Virus record (IMG/VR): IMGVR_UViG_3300028833_000062
Direction: 5' to 3' (one strand)
DNA: 64,000 nt
Origin: an uncultured virus (IMG/VR IMGVR_UViG_3300028833_000062)
Lineage: Duplodnaviria; Heunggongvirae; Uroviricota; Caudoviricetes
Position numbers and translations under genes: made by a program. Position 1 is the stretch's first letter. Each line of letters opens with the position of its first letter. A model generated the notes under the pieces. The model did no database searches and had not been told where the DNA came from. It saw only the letters and a list, made by a program, of their open reading frames with translations. Shown here piece after piece: positions 43,127-52,038 of this stretch.

Positions 43127-43399
43127 ATGGATATAGATATTAATCAAATTGGTCGCCAAGGATATAAAATGCTTCAAACAATGCATGTAATTGGTGATAA
43201 AGAAAAGAAAGATTTAACTCTTAAAGAAAGAGAAGAAATAATTAAAAATCTTTATGAACATTTAAATATGTCCATAATAAAATGTGGTCAAGATAGAAAT
43301 CATAAGTATGAATTTTTATCATATTTATATCTTAGTGTGATCCTTTATCTGGATAACTTGGATTTAAATAAATTTATAAAACTTTCTACAAAAGACTGA
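43127..43399 (+). CDS. hypothetical protein
   Basis: 90 aa ORF. Confidence 0.6.
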   Translation: MDIDINQIGRQGYKMLQTMHVIGDKEKKDLTLKEREEIIKNLYEHLNMSIIKCGQDRNHKYEFLSYLYLSVILYLDNLDLNKFIKLSTKD

Positions 43400-43517
43400 A
43401 TTTAATTTTAATATTTTTCTATAATATAAATGTAATTTTAATGTTTATTTGAATTGATATTAACATATAAATTAACAAATATCAATTCGTATGTTTAACT
43501 TTTAAAAATCAAATTAA

Positions 43518-44597
43518 ATGAAAAATCAAAAATTGATCACTGCTGCAGATGTATGTGATGTTCTTGAGTCACCTTTTGCAGATGATAAGGAGAGAATTAA
43601 ATATATCTCTCAGCATTACGGACAGATGACCATTACTAAGGCCTTTTCCGTATATTATGGACTTGAAATTGATGATGATAAGAAGTCCAATAAGAATGTC
43701 ATTAATAATATTGAACTCGGAAAAATTTATACTGGTACTGTCAAGGAGTTCACAAAGAATATTATGACATTTGATATTCCTGGTGTAAAGGAGGAGATAA
43801 TCTGTAAAGAGCCATTTGGCACATGTATGGACAGTATCAGAAATTATCTTCTTACCCATGATAATAAGCTTATGTTTGAGGTTCGTGAGAAGGAACGTGA
43901 TAAGTATTATGTAAGTGTTATCAATGCTTACTATAAGGCATGGGAAAATCTTATTAAAAAGGCTATTGACCATGAAGATGGTATCAATGTTCACATTGAT
44001 GAGCTTGTAAAGGGTGGTTATGTTTGTCACACAGATATTACAACTCTTACTGAGTTAACAGGTAAAAAGTATATTTCAAGTGTATTTATTCCTGGTTCTC
44101 ATATTGTATTGAATATTGAACGTGATTTTGAGAAGTGGATTGGTCAGGATGTAGTTATCGTTCCTCAAAAGTTTGTAGAATTTAAGAAAGACCTTAAGAC
44201 AGGTTATACTGAGAATAGTCTTGTTGGTTCAAGAAAGAGAGTTCTCCAGATTCTTGGTACAAAGAATATGTTTGACCTCTGGAATGATCTTGAAACAAAG
44301 AAGAAGCTTGCTTCTCTTTCTAATAAGACTGATGTTAAGTCTGATGTTTATGAAGGTACTGTAACAGGTATTATTAATTCAAACAAGAAGACTGGTATTT
44401 TTGTTGAGCTCAATGGAAAGTATATTACAGGTCTTATGCCTATTGATACTTCAGAGCTTCTTGATTATCGTCCAGGTGATGAAATCAAGGTTAGAATATC
44501 TGAATTTGAAATTCAGGAAGGAAAGGAACCTTTCGTCCTAAATAAGAAAAATCAGATTATTAAGTGTAATGTCAGACCTGTTTTCGAGGTTGCATAA
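43518..44597 (+). CDS. ribosomal protein S1-like multi-S1-domain RNA-binding protein
   Basis: Three OB-fold-like segments: GKIYTGTV, VKGGY..VFIPGS..SRKRVL, YEGTVTG..GIFVEL..GLMP..GDEIKV. Confidence 0.75.
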   Translation: MKNQKLITAADVCDVLESPFADDKERIKYISQHYGQMTITKAFSVYYGLEIDDDKKSNKNVINNIELGKIYTGTVKEFTKNIMTFDIPGVKEEIICKEPFGTCMDSIRNYLLTHDNKLMFEVREKERDKYYVSVINAYYKAWENLIKKAIDHEDGINVHIDELVKGGYVCHTDITTLTELTGKKYISSVFIPGSHIVLNIERDFEKWIGQDVVIVPQKFVEFKKDLKTGYTENSLVGSRKRVLQILGTKNMFDLWNDLETKKKLASLSNKTDVKSDVYEGTVTGIINSNKKTGIFVELNGKYITGLMPIDTSELLDYRPGDEIKVRISEFEIQEGKEPFVLNKKNQIIKCNVRPVFEVA

Positions 44598-44598
44598 A

Positions 44599-44626
44599 AA
44601 AAGAGAGGTTTTAAAACCTCTCTTTT
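44599..44626. terminator. bidirectional terminator (perfect 28-bp palindrome)
   Basis: AAAAGAGAGGTTTT / AAAACCTCTCTTTT. Confidence 0.85.
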
Positions 44627-45062
44627 ATTTTATAACAGTAATTACACCTGAATAACTATTTGTTCGTTTATTATATAAAATAGTTCCTTCATAAGGTTTT
44701 TCTTCTCCTGTTGATGGATCTAAGTAAGTAAAATATTCTTGTTTACTTTCAATAGGTGGATTATATTCTAATTTAAATAAATCTCTTTCTGTGTATGTAA
44801 AATATACATTACCATCTTCATCTTTCTTTATTGATTCAAAATATCTTATTTCCTTATTTTCATTATTGATATATGAATAATAAGATAAGTAACCTTTTAC
44901 TTCTTCAATTTCTGGATGGTATTCAAGTTCTTTATTTAAAGTATTCTTTTCAGAAATAGTAAGTATTCCATTATATGAATTATTATCAGATATAATTTTA
45001 CCTACATATTTTTTCTTATTACCATCTTTGTCAATGTAATAAAATTTATCTTTATAAGCCAT
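44625..45062 (-). CDS. small internal-repeat protein (paralog of 45955-46368)
   Basis: Three [YF][YF]xYxD/N..G..K.Y.G.I units. Confidence 0.7.
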   Translation of the reverse strand: MAYKDKFYYIDKDGNKKKYVGKIISDNNSYNGILTISEKNTLNKELEYHPEIEEVKGYLSYYSYINNENKEIRYFESIKKDEDGNVYFTYTERDLFKLEYNPPIESKQEYFTYLDPSTGEEKPYEGTILYNKRTNSYSGVITVIK

Positions 45063-45076
45063 AGTTATGGAATAAT

Positions 45077-45937
45077 TTATTTATTAAGAATTAATCTACC
45101 AGTAAATTTAACACCAGATTCAGCATAAGCTGTAAGTGTACCTTCTGAACCTTTCTTAAGTTCATCAGTTGTAGCATTTAACCAAACAATACCTTCTTTA
45201 CCAGTATTTGTATCAACTGAGAAAATATCTGGAATTGATGAATACCAATAAAGCTGAGTATTAGTAACATTTTCTGGAGTAAGTGAATATGAAAGTTCAA
45301 ATTTATCTCCACAATTAAGACGAATTGGTTGTTCAAATTCAATACTTGTTACAGGATAACGATTCTTATATTCTACAGTATGTCTATTATCAGCAATACT
45401 ATCCCATTTATTAAAGAAATATGTTCCTTCTTCATTACAGAAAGTTACATCATAAATAAGTTCAAATGCACCTGAATAAGCATTTTTTGTAAAGTATTCT
45501 GTATTACCATCAAGATTCATTTCAGAATATGGGATTTCTTCATACTTTTCACCATCTGGAACAAATATTGTTGTTTGTGAAGGTAATTTACAATAAATTG
45601 ATGGGGGATTTGATGCTTCAAAATCAAGTTCTTGTAATGATGTACAACCATCAAATGCTTCTTTACCAATATATTCAATTGTTTCACCAATAGGTACTCT
45701 TTCAAGTGATGTACAACCCTTGAAAGCTCCTCTCTTAATTTTCTTAATTTCTGGTGGGAATGCTATATATGATAATTCTGTGCAATTTTGGAAAGCATAA
45801 GCACATACTTCATCAGTATTATCAAGACCATATCTTACAACATGTGTATCTGCTTGAGCAAATGTATGAGTATAAGGAACTTGACTTTTATCAGTAAGTT
45901 CTACATTTTCACCATCAATGATAAGTTTATTAATCAT
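45077..45937 (-). CDS. BspA-type leucine-rich repeat (LRR_5) protein with C-terminal Ig-like (Big_2) domain
   Basis: AFQNCTEL, AFKGCTSL, IGKEAFDGCTSL; PVTSI..LTPENVTNTQLYWYSS. Confidence 0.85.
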   Translation of the reverse strand: MINKLIIDGENVELTDKSQVPYTHTFAQADTHVVRYGLDNTDEVCAYAFQNCTELSYIAFPPEIKKIKRGAFKGCTSLERVPIGETIEYIGKEAFDGCTSLQELDFEASNPPSIYCKLPSQTTIFVPDGEKYEEIPYSEMNLDGNTEYFTKNAYSGAFELIYDVTFCNEEGTYFFNKWDSIADNRHTVEYKNRYPVTSIEFEQPIRLNCGDKFELSYSLTPENVTNTQLYWYSSIPDIFSVDTNTGKEGIVWLNATTDELKKGSEGTLTAYAESGVKFTGRLILNK

Positions 45938-45954
45938 AATATATTATATTAATT

Positions 45955-46368
45955 TTATTTTTCTTTAAATATTTTAACTATTTCATCATGAAGAATATCT
46001 TCTGTTACTTCTCCATAATATGAATTAGATTCTAAATCAAATTTTGGTTTGCCAATAAAAACTCTTTCTCTACCATAATTATCTTTATATGAGAAATATT
46101 CATCGACATGTTCAACAGAATTTACTGTAGGATGATAATCTAAAATAACTTTATGTGTTGTAATTGTCTTTCCAATATATGATCCATCTAAATCTGTAAC
46201 AACAATTCCTGAATATTTTAATTTTTCTCCATTTGCATTTGTATAAGTATAATATTCAGGTACATATTCTTGTCCAGGATGATGTATTAAAGCTATTTTA
46301 ATATTTCTTTTTATTCCTTTACTTGCATTAGTACCAGGTTTTTTATTTGAAAAAGAAAATGTTGCCAT
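45955..46368 (-). CDS. small internal-repeat protein (paralog of 44625-45062)
   Basis: EYYTYTNANGEKLKYSG / EYFSYKDNYGRERVFIG. Confidence 0.7.
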   Translation of the reverse strand: MATFSFSNKKPGTNASKGIKRNIKIALIHHPGQEYVPEYYTYTNANGEKLKYSGIVVTDLDGSYIGKTITTHKVILDYHPTVNSVEHVDEYFSYKDNYGRERVFIGKPKFDLESNSYYGEVTEDILHDEIVKIFKEK

Positions 46369-46463
46369 ATTTATTTATTTTACCAATTTATAATTAAAAA
46401 TAAAATATAAAATGAATTATTAGAAAATGATTCTATATTAATTATGTAAAAACAAAGAATATT

Positions 46464-47204
46464 ATGAAGTATATTGGTAAATCTGATAAATTTTACACTC
46501 TCTGGGAAGTTAATACAGAAACCCGTACTACAATGCGTGGTGAGACTTATAGAGTTACTACTCATCAGTATATCAAGAATATTTCTTTTGATCTTGTAAA
46601 AGCTACCAATAAATATCCTAATGCAATTCTTGATACTTCTCTTCGCGGTCATTCTTCTTGGACTTCTGTAGATTATCCAAAGCCTCCAGTTGATGAATTC
46701 CATGGAGGTAAATATCGTGGAGATAAGATTGCTGAATGTACAGATTATCAATATCTCCATTGGGCTTATGACCTTGGTTATATCATTCCTTGGGAAGCTA
46801 GAGAAATAGTTCTTGGAATTCTTGAATCACAAGGTTATAGGAAAATTAATGATACTCATATTGCTACTCCTGAAGAAGTAGAAAGAATCGAGAAGAGTTA
46901 TACTGAATGTGAAGAAGCTCAGAAAACTTTAGAAGAGTTTGGTTCTATTAAGATTGTCGCCAATAAGAATCTTGATGAATTTGGAAATTTGAGTATTGGA
47001 AATATCGAATTCAATTTTCCTAATTATAAAGAACTTGAATATGGTGGTTATTCTTATGGACTTCCTATTGATTCTAAAGGAAAAGCTAAAAGAATTAAGA
47101 ATAAGGAAATTGAAATTATTCCTGAATCTTTTAAAATGGTTATCAGTGAATATGGTTGGGGTGCAACCCTTAATGTTGAAGTAAAAGATTTTAAAATTTT
47201 ATAA
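46464..47204 (+). CDS. hypothetical protein with FxxGKYxG motif
   Basis: FHGGKYRG..DYQYLHW; downstream of TGAA..CTATATT motif. Confidence 0.7.
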   Translation: MKYIGKSDKFYTLWEVNTETRTTMRGETYRVTTHQYIKNISFDLVKATNKYPNAILDTSLRGHSSWTSVDYPKPPVDEFHGGKYRGDKIAECTDYQYLHWAYDLGYIIPWEAREIVLGILESQGYRKINDTHIATPEEVERIEKSYTECEEAQKTLEEFGSIKIVANKNLDEFGNLSIGNIEFNFPNYKELEYGGYSYGLPIDSKGKAKRIKNKEIEIIPESFKMVISEYGWGATLNVEVKDFKIL

Positions 47205-47206
47205 TT

Positions 47207-47404
47207 ATGGCTTGTTTAGAAGATTATCCTATTATTGAAACTGCAATTAATTATGGTCTTAATGCTTGGGGAAAGCATGAAGCTATGGCTATTCAAATTG
47301 CAAGATTCTGGGTAGATGGTTGGCTTGAAGCTAACAAGGGTAAGGTATCTGAAGAAGATGCCAAGATTATTCGTCGTGGAGTTGATAATTGGATTTGGCT
47401 ATAA
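47207..47404 (+). CDS. hypothetical protein
   Basis: 65 aa ORF. Confidence 0.6.
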   Translation: MACLEDYPIIETAINYGLNAWGKHEAMAIQIARFWVDGWLEANKGKVSEEDAKIIRRGVDNWIWL

Positions 47405-47405
47405 T

Positions 47406-48131
47406 ATGGAAAAAACTCCTAAATTAATTAAAGATTGTAAAGTGGGAGATACACTTTACTATGTTATTTTAAAAGATGGCTCTGTTGAAGATTTAATTAT
47501 CCCAGTTTCTATTGAAGAAATTAAAATGGGTGATTCATTTGGTATAAAGCCGAATGTATATAAATGTAAATCTATATATGGTAGTGACACTTATGAATTT
47601 AATCATGAAAATAGTGAACAACATGACAGTCTTATTGTAGATAGTGATTATGCTTATGCAAAAGATGCTAATGGTTTTAAAAATAATTATGAAAGATTTT
47701 ATACAACATATGATGGTGCTGTTGAATGGTTAATGGTAGAAATCAAATATGATATTATAAAGAAACTTAATAGGCTTGAAAAACTTGAAAGGAATAATGG
47801 AATAAAGACAAATATATTCCAAAAGAAAACTAAACAGTGTAAAATAGATTATCATCCTTATAAGAAAATTGAAATTTATGACTGTAGTTCTTGGGAGAAA
47901 CCTGAAGATATAGATAAAGCTCTTGAAAATAAGAAAATTAAAGTCTATAAAAAATTAATTGAGACTGACTATTATGGTGATATCAAATATTCTGGTACTG
48001 AAATCTTTGTAAAAGAGTTTGATTATGTTGAAGATGCATTAGAATATATCTTTGAACATGATAAATCAAGATGGCATGGTGATCTTGATTCATGGTATGA
48101 AGGTGAAACTTATTTTATAAAAGAAGATTAA
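47406..48131 (+). CDS. hypothetical protein
   Basis: ATG at 47406 just after the upstream stop. Confidence 0.65.
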   Translation: MEKTPKLIKDCKVGDTLYYVILKDGSVEDLIIPVSIEEIKMGDSFGIKPNVYKCKSIYGSDTYEFNHENSEQHDSLIVDSDYAYAKDANGFKNNYERFYTTYDGAVEWLMVEIKYDIIKKLNRLEKLERNNGIKTNIFQKKTKQCKIDYHPYKKIEIYDCSSWEKPEDIDKALENKKIKVYKKLIETDYYGDIKYSGTEIFVKEFDYVEDALEYIFEHDKSRWHGDLDSWYEGETYFIKED

Positions 48132-48133
48132 AA

Positions 48134-48352
48134 ATGAAAACTTATAAATTTTATGTAGGAACATGTCCTAATAGTCCAAATTTTGAAAACTTACAAAAAT
48201 GGTTTGAACATATGCAATCTATAGGATGGGAACTTATTTGTCCAGTTCATAAACAAACTAATACAAATTATGCATCTTATGAACAAGGATATATATTTAG
48301 AAAAGAAGAAATACTATGTAAACCTAATAATATAAATGATAAAGAAGGATGA
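48134..48352 (+). CDS. DUF4177-like protein 1
   Basis: YKF..GWELI..YIFRKE. Confidence 0.55.
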   Translation: MKTYKFYVGTCPNSPNFENLQKWFEHMQSIGWELICPVHKQTNTNYASYEQGYIFRKEEILCKPNNINDKEG

Positions 48353-48546
48353 AACAATTTGAATATAATATGATATCTGTACCAAATGGTACTGATGGAT
48401 CAGAATTAATTAAATGTCTCAATAATGATGGTAAATTAGGTTGGGAAGTAATATCTATGATTCAATCATCTGATAGAAGTCATTTTAATGTTTTGTTGAA
48501 ACGAGAAATTTTAAATGAAAATTATATAGAAAATGAAAAGAATTGA
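48349..48546 (+). CDS. DUF4177-like protein 2
   Basis: FEY..LNNDGKLGWEVI..LLKRE. Confidence 0.7.
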   Translation: MKQFEYNMISVPNGTDGSELIKCLNNDGKLGWEVISMIQSSDRSHFNVLLKREILNENYIENEKN

Positions 48547-48706
48547 ATATAAAGTAGAATGGATATCAGAGAGTGGTTCATATGAATTGGAAAATAGATT
48601 ACAAAAATATGGTGATGATGGTTGGGAATTAATAACCATTAGAGAACATTTTACATATATATTTAAAAGAGAAAAAATTATAAATAATAAAAAAGAGGGA
48701 ATTTAA
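48533..48706 (+). CDS. DUF4177-like protein 3 (57 aa, absent from the ORF track)
   Basis: MKRIEYKV..LQKYGDDGWELI..YIFKRE. Confidence 0.7.
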   Translation: MKRIEYKVEWISESGSYELENRLQKYGDDGWELITIREHFTYIFKREKIINNKKEGI

Positions 48707-48718
48707 ATTCCCTCTTTT
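48691..48718. terminator. bidirectional terminator (perfect 28-bp palindrome)
   Basis: AAAAGAGGGAATTT / AAATTCCCTCTTTT. Confidence 0.85.
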
Positions 48719-49436
48719 ATTTTACTTTTTTACCAAAACTTATAAGATTATAATTTATACTTAAACCAACACCGACATAAACATCTGGTTTTTTATTAAT
48801 AAATCCATAACCAACACCAATTTGTGGTCCTACACCAATACTCCATCTTGGAGTAGTTTTTGGTAAAACAACACCTTGTACATCATTATATTTAAGATAT
48901 GGATTATTTGATGTTACATATACTTTACTATCTTTAATAGCAACAGTAAGATCTGCATAAACTATATCTTTATCAATAGTAAGACCAATATTAGGTTTAT
49001 TATATTCTATAAATCCAGAAAGTATTCTCCATTTATTTGAAAAATCAAATGGATGTTTAATATAAGTAGTACTATCACTTACAACAAATGTTGTATCATG
49101 TACTGGATAAGGTACTTCAACATTTACATAAACAACTTCACTTGGTTTTGCTTTAAGTTCTTTAACTTGTTTATAAAGATCTTCATTTGTTTGTTTAAGA
49201 AGATTAATATCTCCTTCAAGAACTGTTTTTTCAGCAACTAAATCACCACTTTTAGTTTTCCATAATTGAACTTCTTCAGTTAAGGCTTTAACATTATTTT
49301 CATATATCTTTCTACTATCAATTTGATTAGTACATGATCTAAATAAGAACAATAAAGATATAACCAATGCTAAACTTAATATAATTTGTGATTTATATTT
49401 ATTCCAAAAATCTTTAATTAATTCAATAAAATTCAT
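48717..49436 (-). CDS. membrane-anchored coiled-coil protein, candidate spanin/lysis protein
   Basis: N-terminal TM ending FRSC, coiled coil, C-terminal Gly-rich amphipathic beta hairpin. Confidence 0.5.
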   Translation of the reverse strand: MNFIELIKDFWNKYKSQIILSLALVISLLFLFRSCTNQIDSRKIYENNVKALTEEVQLWKTKSGDLVAEKTVLEGDINLLKQTNEDLYKQVKELKAKPSEVVYVNVEVPYPVHDTTFVVSDSTTYIKHPFDFSNKWRILSGFIEYNKPNIGLTIDKDIVYADLTVAIKDSKVYVTSNNPYLKYNDVQGVVLPKTTPRWSIGVGPQIGVGYGFINKKPDVYVGVGLSINYNLISFGKKVK

Positions 49437-49489
49437 AAAATTAATAGAAAAAATATATTTTTATATAGGTAATTAAAAATAATTTTTTT

Positions 49490-49948
49490 ATGTCAACTAA
49501 TAATTATATAAAACATCAAGGACCTAGAAAAAATTCTAAATATCATCAAGGTGTAGTTGATCCTAAAAAGCTTAGAAAATATTTTGATTCATGTAAAAAT
49601 GAACCAGTTATTTATAGAAGTGGATTAGAATATCAATTTATACAGTTTTGTGAAAATAGTCCTACAGTTGCTAAATGGGCAAGTGAAGTACTTAAGATAC
49701 CTTATTATTCTCATCTTGATGGTAAAGAATGTAATTATTATCCTGATTATGTTATTGAAAATTACAAAGGAGTAAAATGCGTAGTAGAGCTTAAACCATA
49801 TAATCAAACAATAAAACCAGATATGACAGATAGTAATTGGTTGAAAGAACAATGGATTAAGAATGTTGATAAATGGAATGCTGCTAAAAAATTCTGTGAT
49901 GAGAATGGACTTAAATTTATGATTATAACTGAAAAATTCTTTGAATAA
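49490..49948 (+). CDS. head completion nuclease, T4 gp4 / TnsA-like
   Basis: IYRSGLE..WASEVLKIPY..YYPDY..ELKP..NVDKWNAAKKFC..F.IITE. Confidence 0.9.
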   Translation: MSTNNYIKHQGPRKNSKYHQGVVDPKKLRKYFDSCKNEPVIYRSGLEYQFIQFCENSPTVAKWASEVLKIPYYSHLDGKECNYYPDYVIENYKGVKCVVELKPYNQTIKPDMTDSNWLKEQWIKNVDKWNAAKKFCDENGLKFMIITEKFFE

Positions 49949-49952
49949 AAAT

Positions 49953-50333
49953 ATGAAAACATTAGTACAATATATTAAAGAAAGTAAAGACGGTAAAATA
50001 TTATATAATGATATATTTAATAAATTATATAAATACCTTTTGAAATCTAATAAAGAAAATAAGAAAGGATATTCTGATAAAGAAATAGATGATTATTTTC
50101 ATCAAGATTTAAACTCAGATTCATTTAAAGAAAATGAAAATAAAGTTGTTAAAGAATTATTTGAAGAATATCCAGACATGGATTGGAGTACCAAATCCCA
50201 ATTAATGGAATATATTAAAAGAAATAATAATGCTCTTTGTGCAAAAGAATTAATCGGTACAGCACTTTATCAGGCATTTGTAAAATTTGTTTATATTCAT
50301 ATTCAACATATAAAATATGAAGGACATGTTTAA
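49953..50333 (+). CDS. putative internal head protein
   Basis: ATG at 49953 gives MKTLVQYIKE|S. Confidence 0.55.
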   Translation: MKTLVQYIKESKDGKILYNDIFNKLYKYLLKSNKENKKGYSDKEIDDYFHQDLNSDSFKENENKVVKELFEEYPDMDWSTKSQLMEYIKRNNNALCAKELIGTALYQAFVKFVYIHIQHIKYEGHV

Positions 50334-50354
50334 ATAATTCTATATTATATATAT

Positions 50355-51053
50355 ATGGCACCATTTAAAAGACCTATAAAGAAAAAAGAAGAACAAGAAG
50401 AATTATCAAGAACCACGATAGTTAATTCAAGAAGAAACTTACGTGATTTAGATACTCATATATATACACCAGATGAAATTGAAAATTTCAGATTAGATGA
50501 GGCAATAAATAATAATCCATTATCACATAGACCAACTAATATTAGAAGTAAATTAGCTTATGCTGAAGTAATGAAACAATTAAAACCAACTTCTAAATAT
50601 TTACTTCCAGGACAACTTGTTATTTTTGAATATCTTGAACCAAAATTTAAAGAAGATCTAGAATATTATGACAGAACACCTTTTACTCTTTTCTTTGGTA
50701 TAACAAGAACAGATGATGGTAATATTCGTGAAATTGGACTTAATCTTCATTATTATCCACCTCATACAAGAGCAAGAATATTAAGAAAAACTTATCAAGT
50801 ATTTAAACCATATTTTGATAAATATTTCAATGATCCATCACATAAACCAAATGCTATTATTTCATATTCATCATTAAAACATTTAATGAAAGTAAATGAT
50901 AAGATTGGTTTTGGTGTTAAGATGTATATTCCTGTTCTTAGAGGAAGAAGTTATGTTGTTCCTCCAAGACTTTGGCCAACTGCATTTTATACAGAAGGAC
51001 ACTTTAGTAAAGCTACATTACAACAGATATTTAGTTTCTGGAGACAGTTTTAA
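50355..51053 (+). CDS. DNA end protector protein, T4 gp2-like
   Basis: PGQL..F.Y.PK.K..L.YYD..P..GLNLHYYPP..R. Confidence 0.85.
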   Translation: MAPFKRPIKKKEEQEELSRTTIVNSRRNLRDLDTHIYTPDEIENFRLDEAINNNPLSHRPTNIRSKLAYAEVMKQLKPTSKYLLPGQLVIFEYLEPKFKEDLEYYDRTPFTLFFGITRTDDGNIREIGLNLHYYPPHTRARILRKTYQVFKPYFDKYFNDPSHKPNAIISYSSLKHLMKVNDKIGFGVKMYIPVLRGRSYVVPPRLWPTAFYTEGHFSKATLQQIFSFWRQF

Positions 51054-51109
51054 TTGAATTGATTAAAATATAGATTCTATATTAATTAATAAATATAGAA
51101 TCTTTTTTT

Positions 51110-51979
51110 ATGAGAGATTGTGTAATAGTAATTCCAGTATATAAACCTACTCTTGATTGTGTAGAAGAAATTTCTTTAAAACAACTACATAAAATTATTT
51201 ATAATCCACCATTTCATATGGATGATTATAGAGATTGGGAAGAAAGAGATGTATTTCTTGTTTATCCTCAAGGAATGGATATAAGTGAATATAAAAAAAT
51301 ATATCCTTCTCTTAAAGAAAAAACATTTGATCCTGAATATTTTAAATCAACAGCAACATATTCACAATTATGTATATCATATGATTTTTATAAATCATTT
51401 GATTGGTATGATTATATGTTGATATATCAACTTGACTGTTATCTTTTTAAAGATGAAATTAGTAAATGGTGTAAAAAAGGATATGATTATGTTGGTGGTC
51501 CTATTCTTTCTACTGATTGTGGATGGAATACAATAAAAGAATCACAAAAAGGTAAGAAGTGGACTCCTTATGTTGGTAATGGTGGATTTAGCCTTAGAAA
51601 AATATCTACATTTAAAGAACTTACAGATCCTCTTGGTGAATTTAGAATAAGATATAATTTAACAGATGATAAATTAAAGAATGTATTATTTGAAGATAAA
51701 TACTTCTGTAATGATATTTATAACTTATATGAATTAGATGTACCTTCTTGGAAAGAAGCTCTTGAATTTGGTTTAGATATGTCTGTAGATATTGTATATA
51801 ATTATCTTAAATGGACTGGTGAACCTATGGGTATTCATTCTGTTGATAAGAATATCAGATGGTGGAAAAAAATAATTCCTGAGTTTATGGATCAAAAAGT
51901 CATAGATTATTGTGAAGAAAAACATAAAGAATTCTTTAAGTTATATTATGATGAAAATGATTCAACATTAAGACAATAA
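51110..51979 (+). CDS. DUF5672 family putative glycosyltransferase
   Basis: VIVIPVYK, LIYQLDCY, YDYVGGP, VGNGGFSLRK, EDKYF, P.GIH. Confidence 0.85.
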   Translation: MRDCVIVIPVYKPTLDCVEEISLKQLHKIIYNPPFHMDDYRDWEERDVFLVYPQGMDISEYKKIYPSLKEKTFDPEYFKSTATYSQLCISYDFYKSFDWYDYMLIYQLDCYLFKDEISKWCKKGYDYVGGPILSTDCGWNTIKESQKGKKWTPYVGNGGFSLRKISTFKELTDPLGEFRIRYNLTDDKLKNVLFEDKYFCNDIYNLYELDVPSWKEALEFGLDMSVDIVYNYLKWTGEPMGIHSVDKNIRWWKKIIPEFMDQKVIDYCEEKHKEFFKLYYDENDSTLRQ

Positions 51980-52038
51980 TATAGATTAAATTATTATAAG
52001 TTTTATTATTATATATAATTTATAATATGTAATTAATT

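Noticed and set aside
49490..49948. Tn7 TnsA transposase / mobile element
   Set aside because: No tnsB/C or terminal repeats; sequence and proximity to the gp2-like gene fit T4 gp4 head completion nuclease
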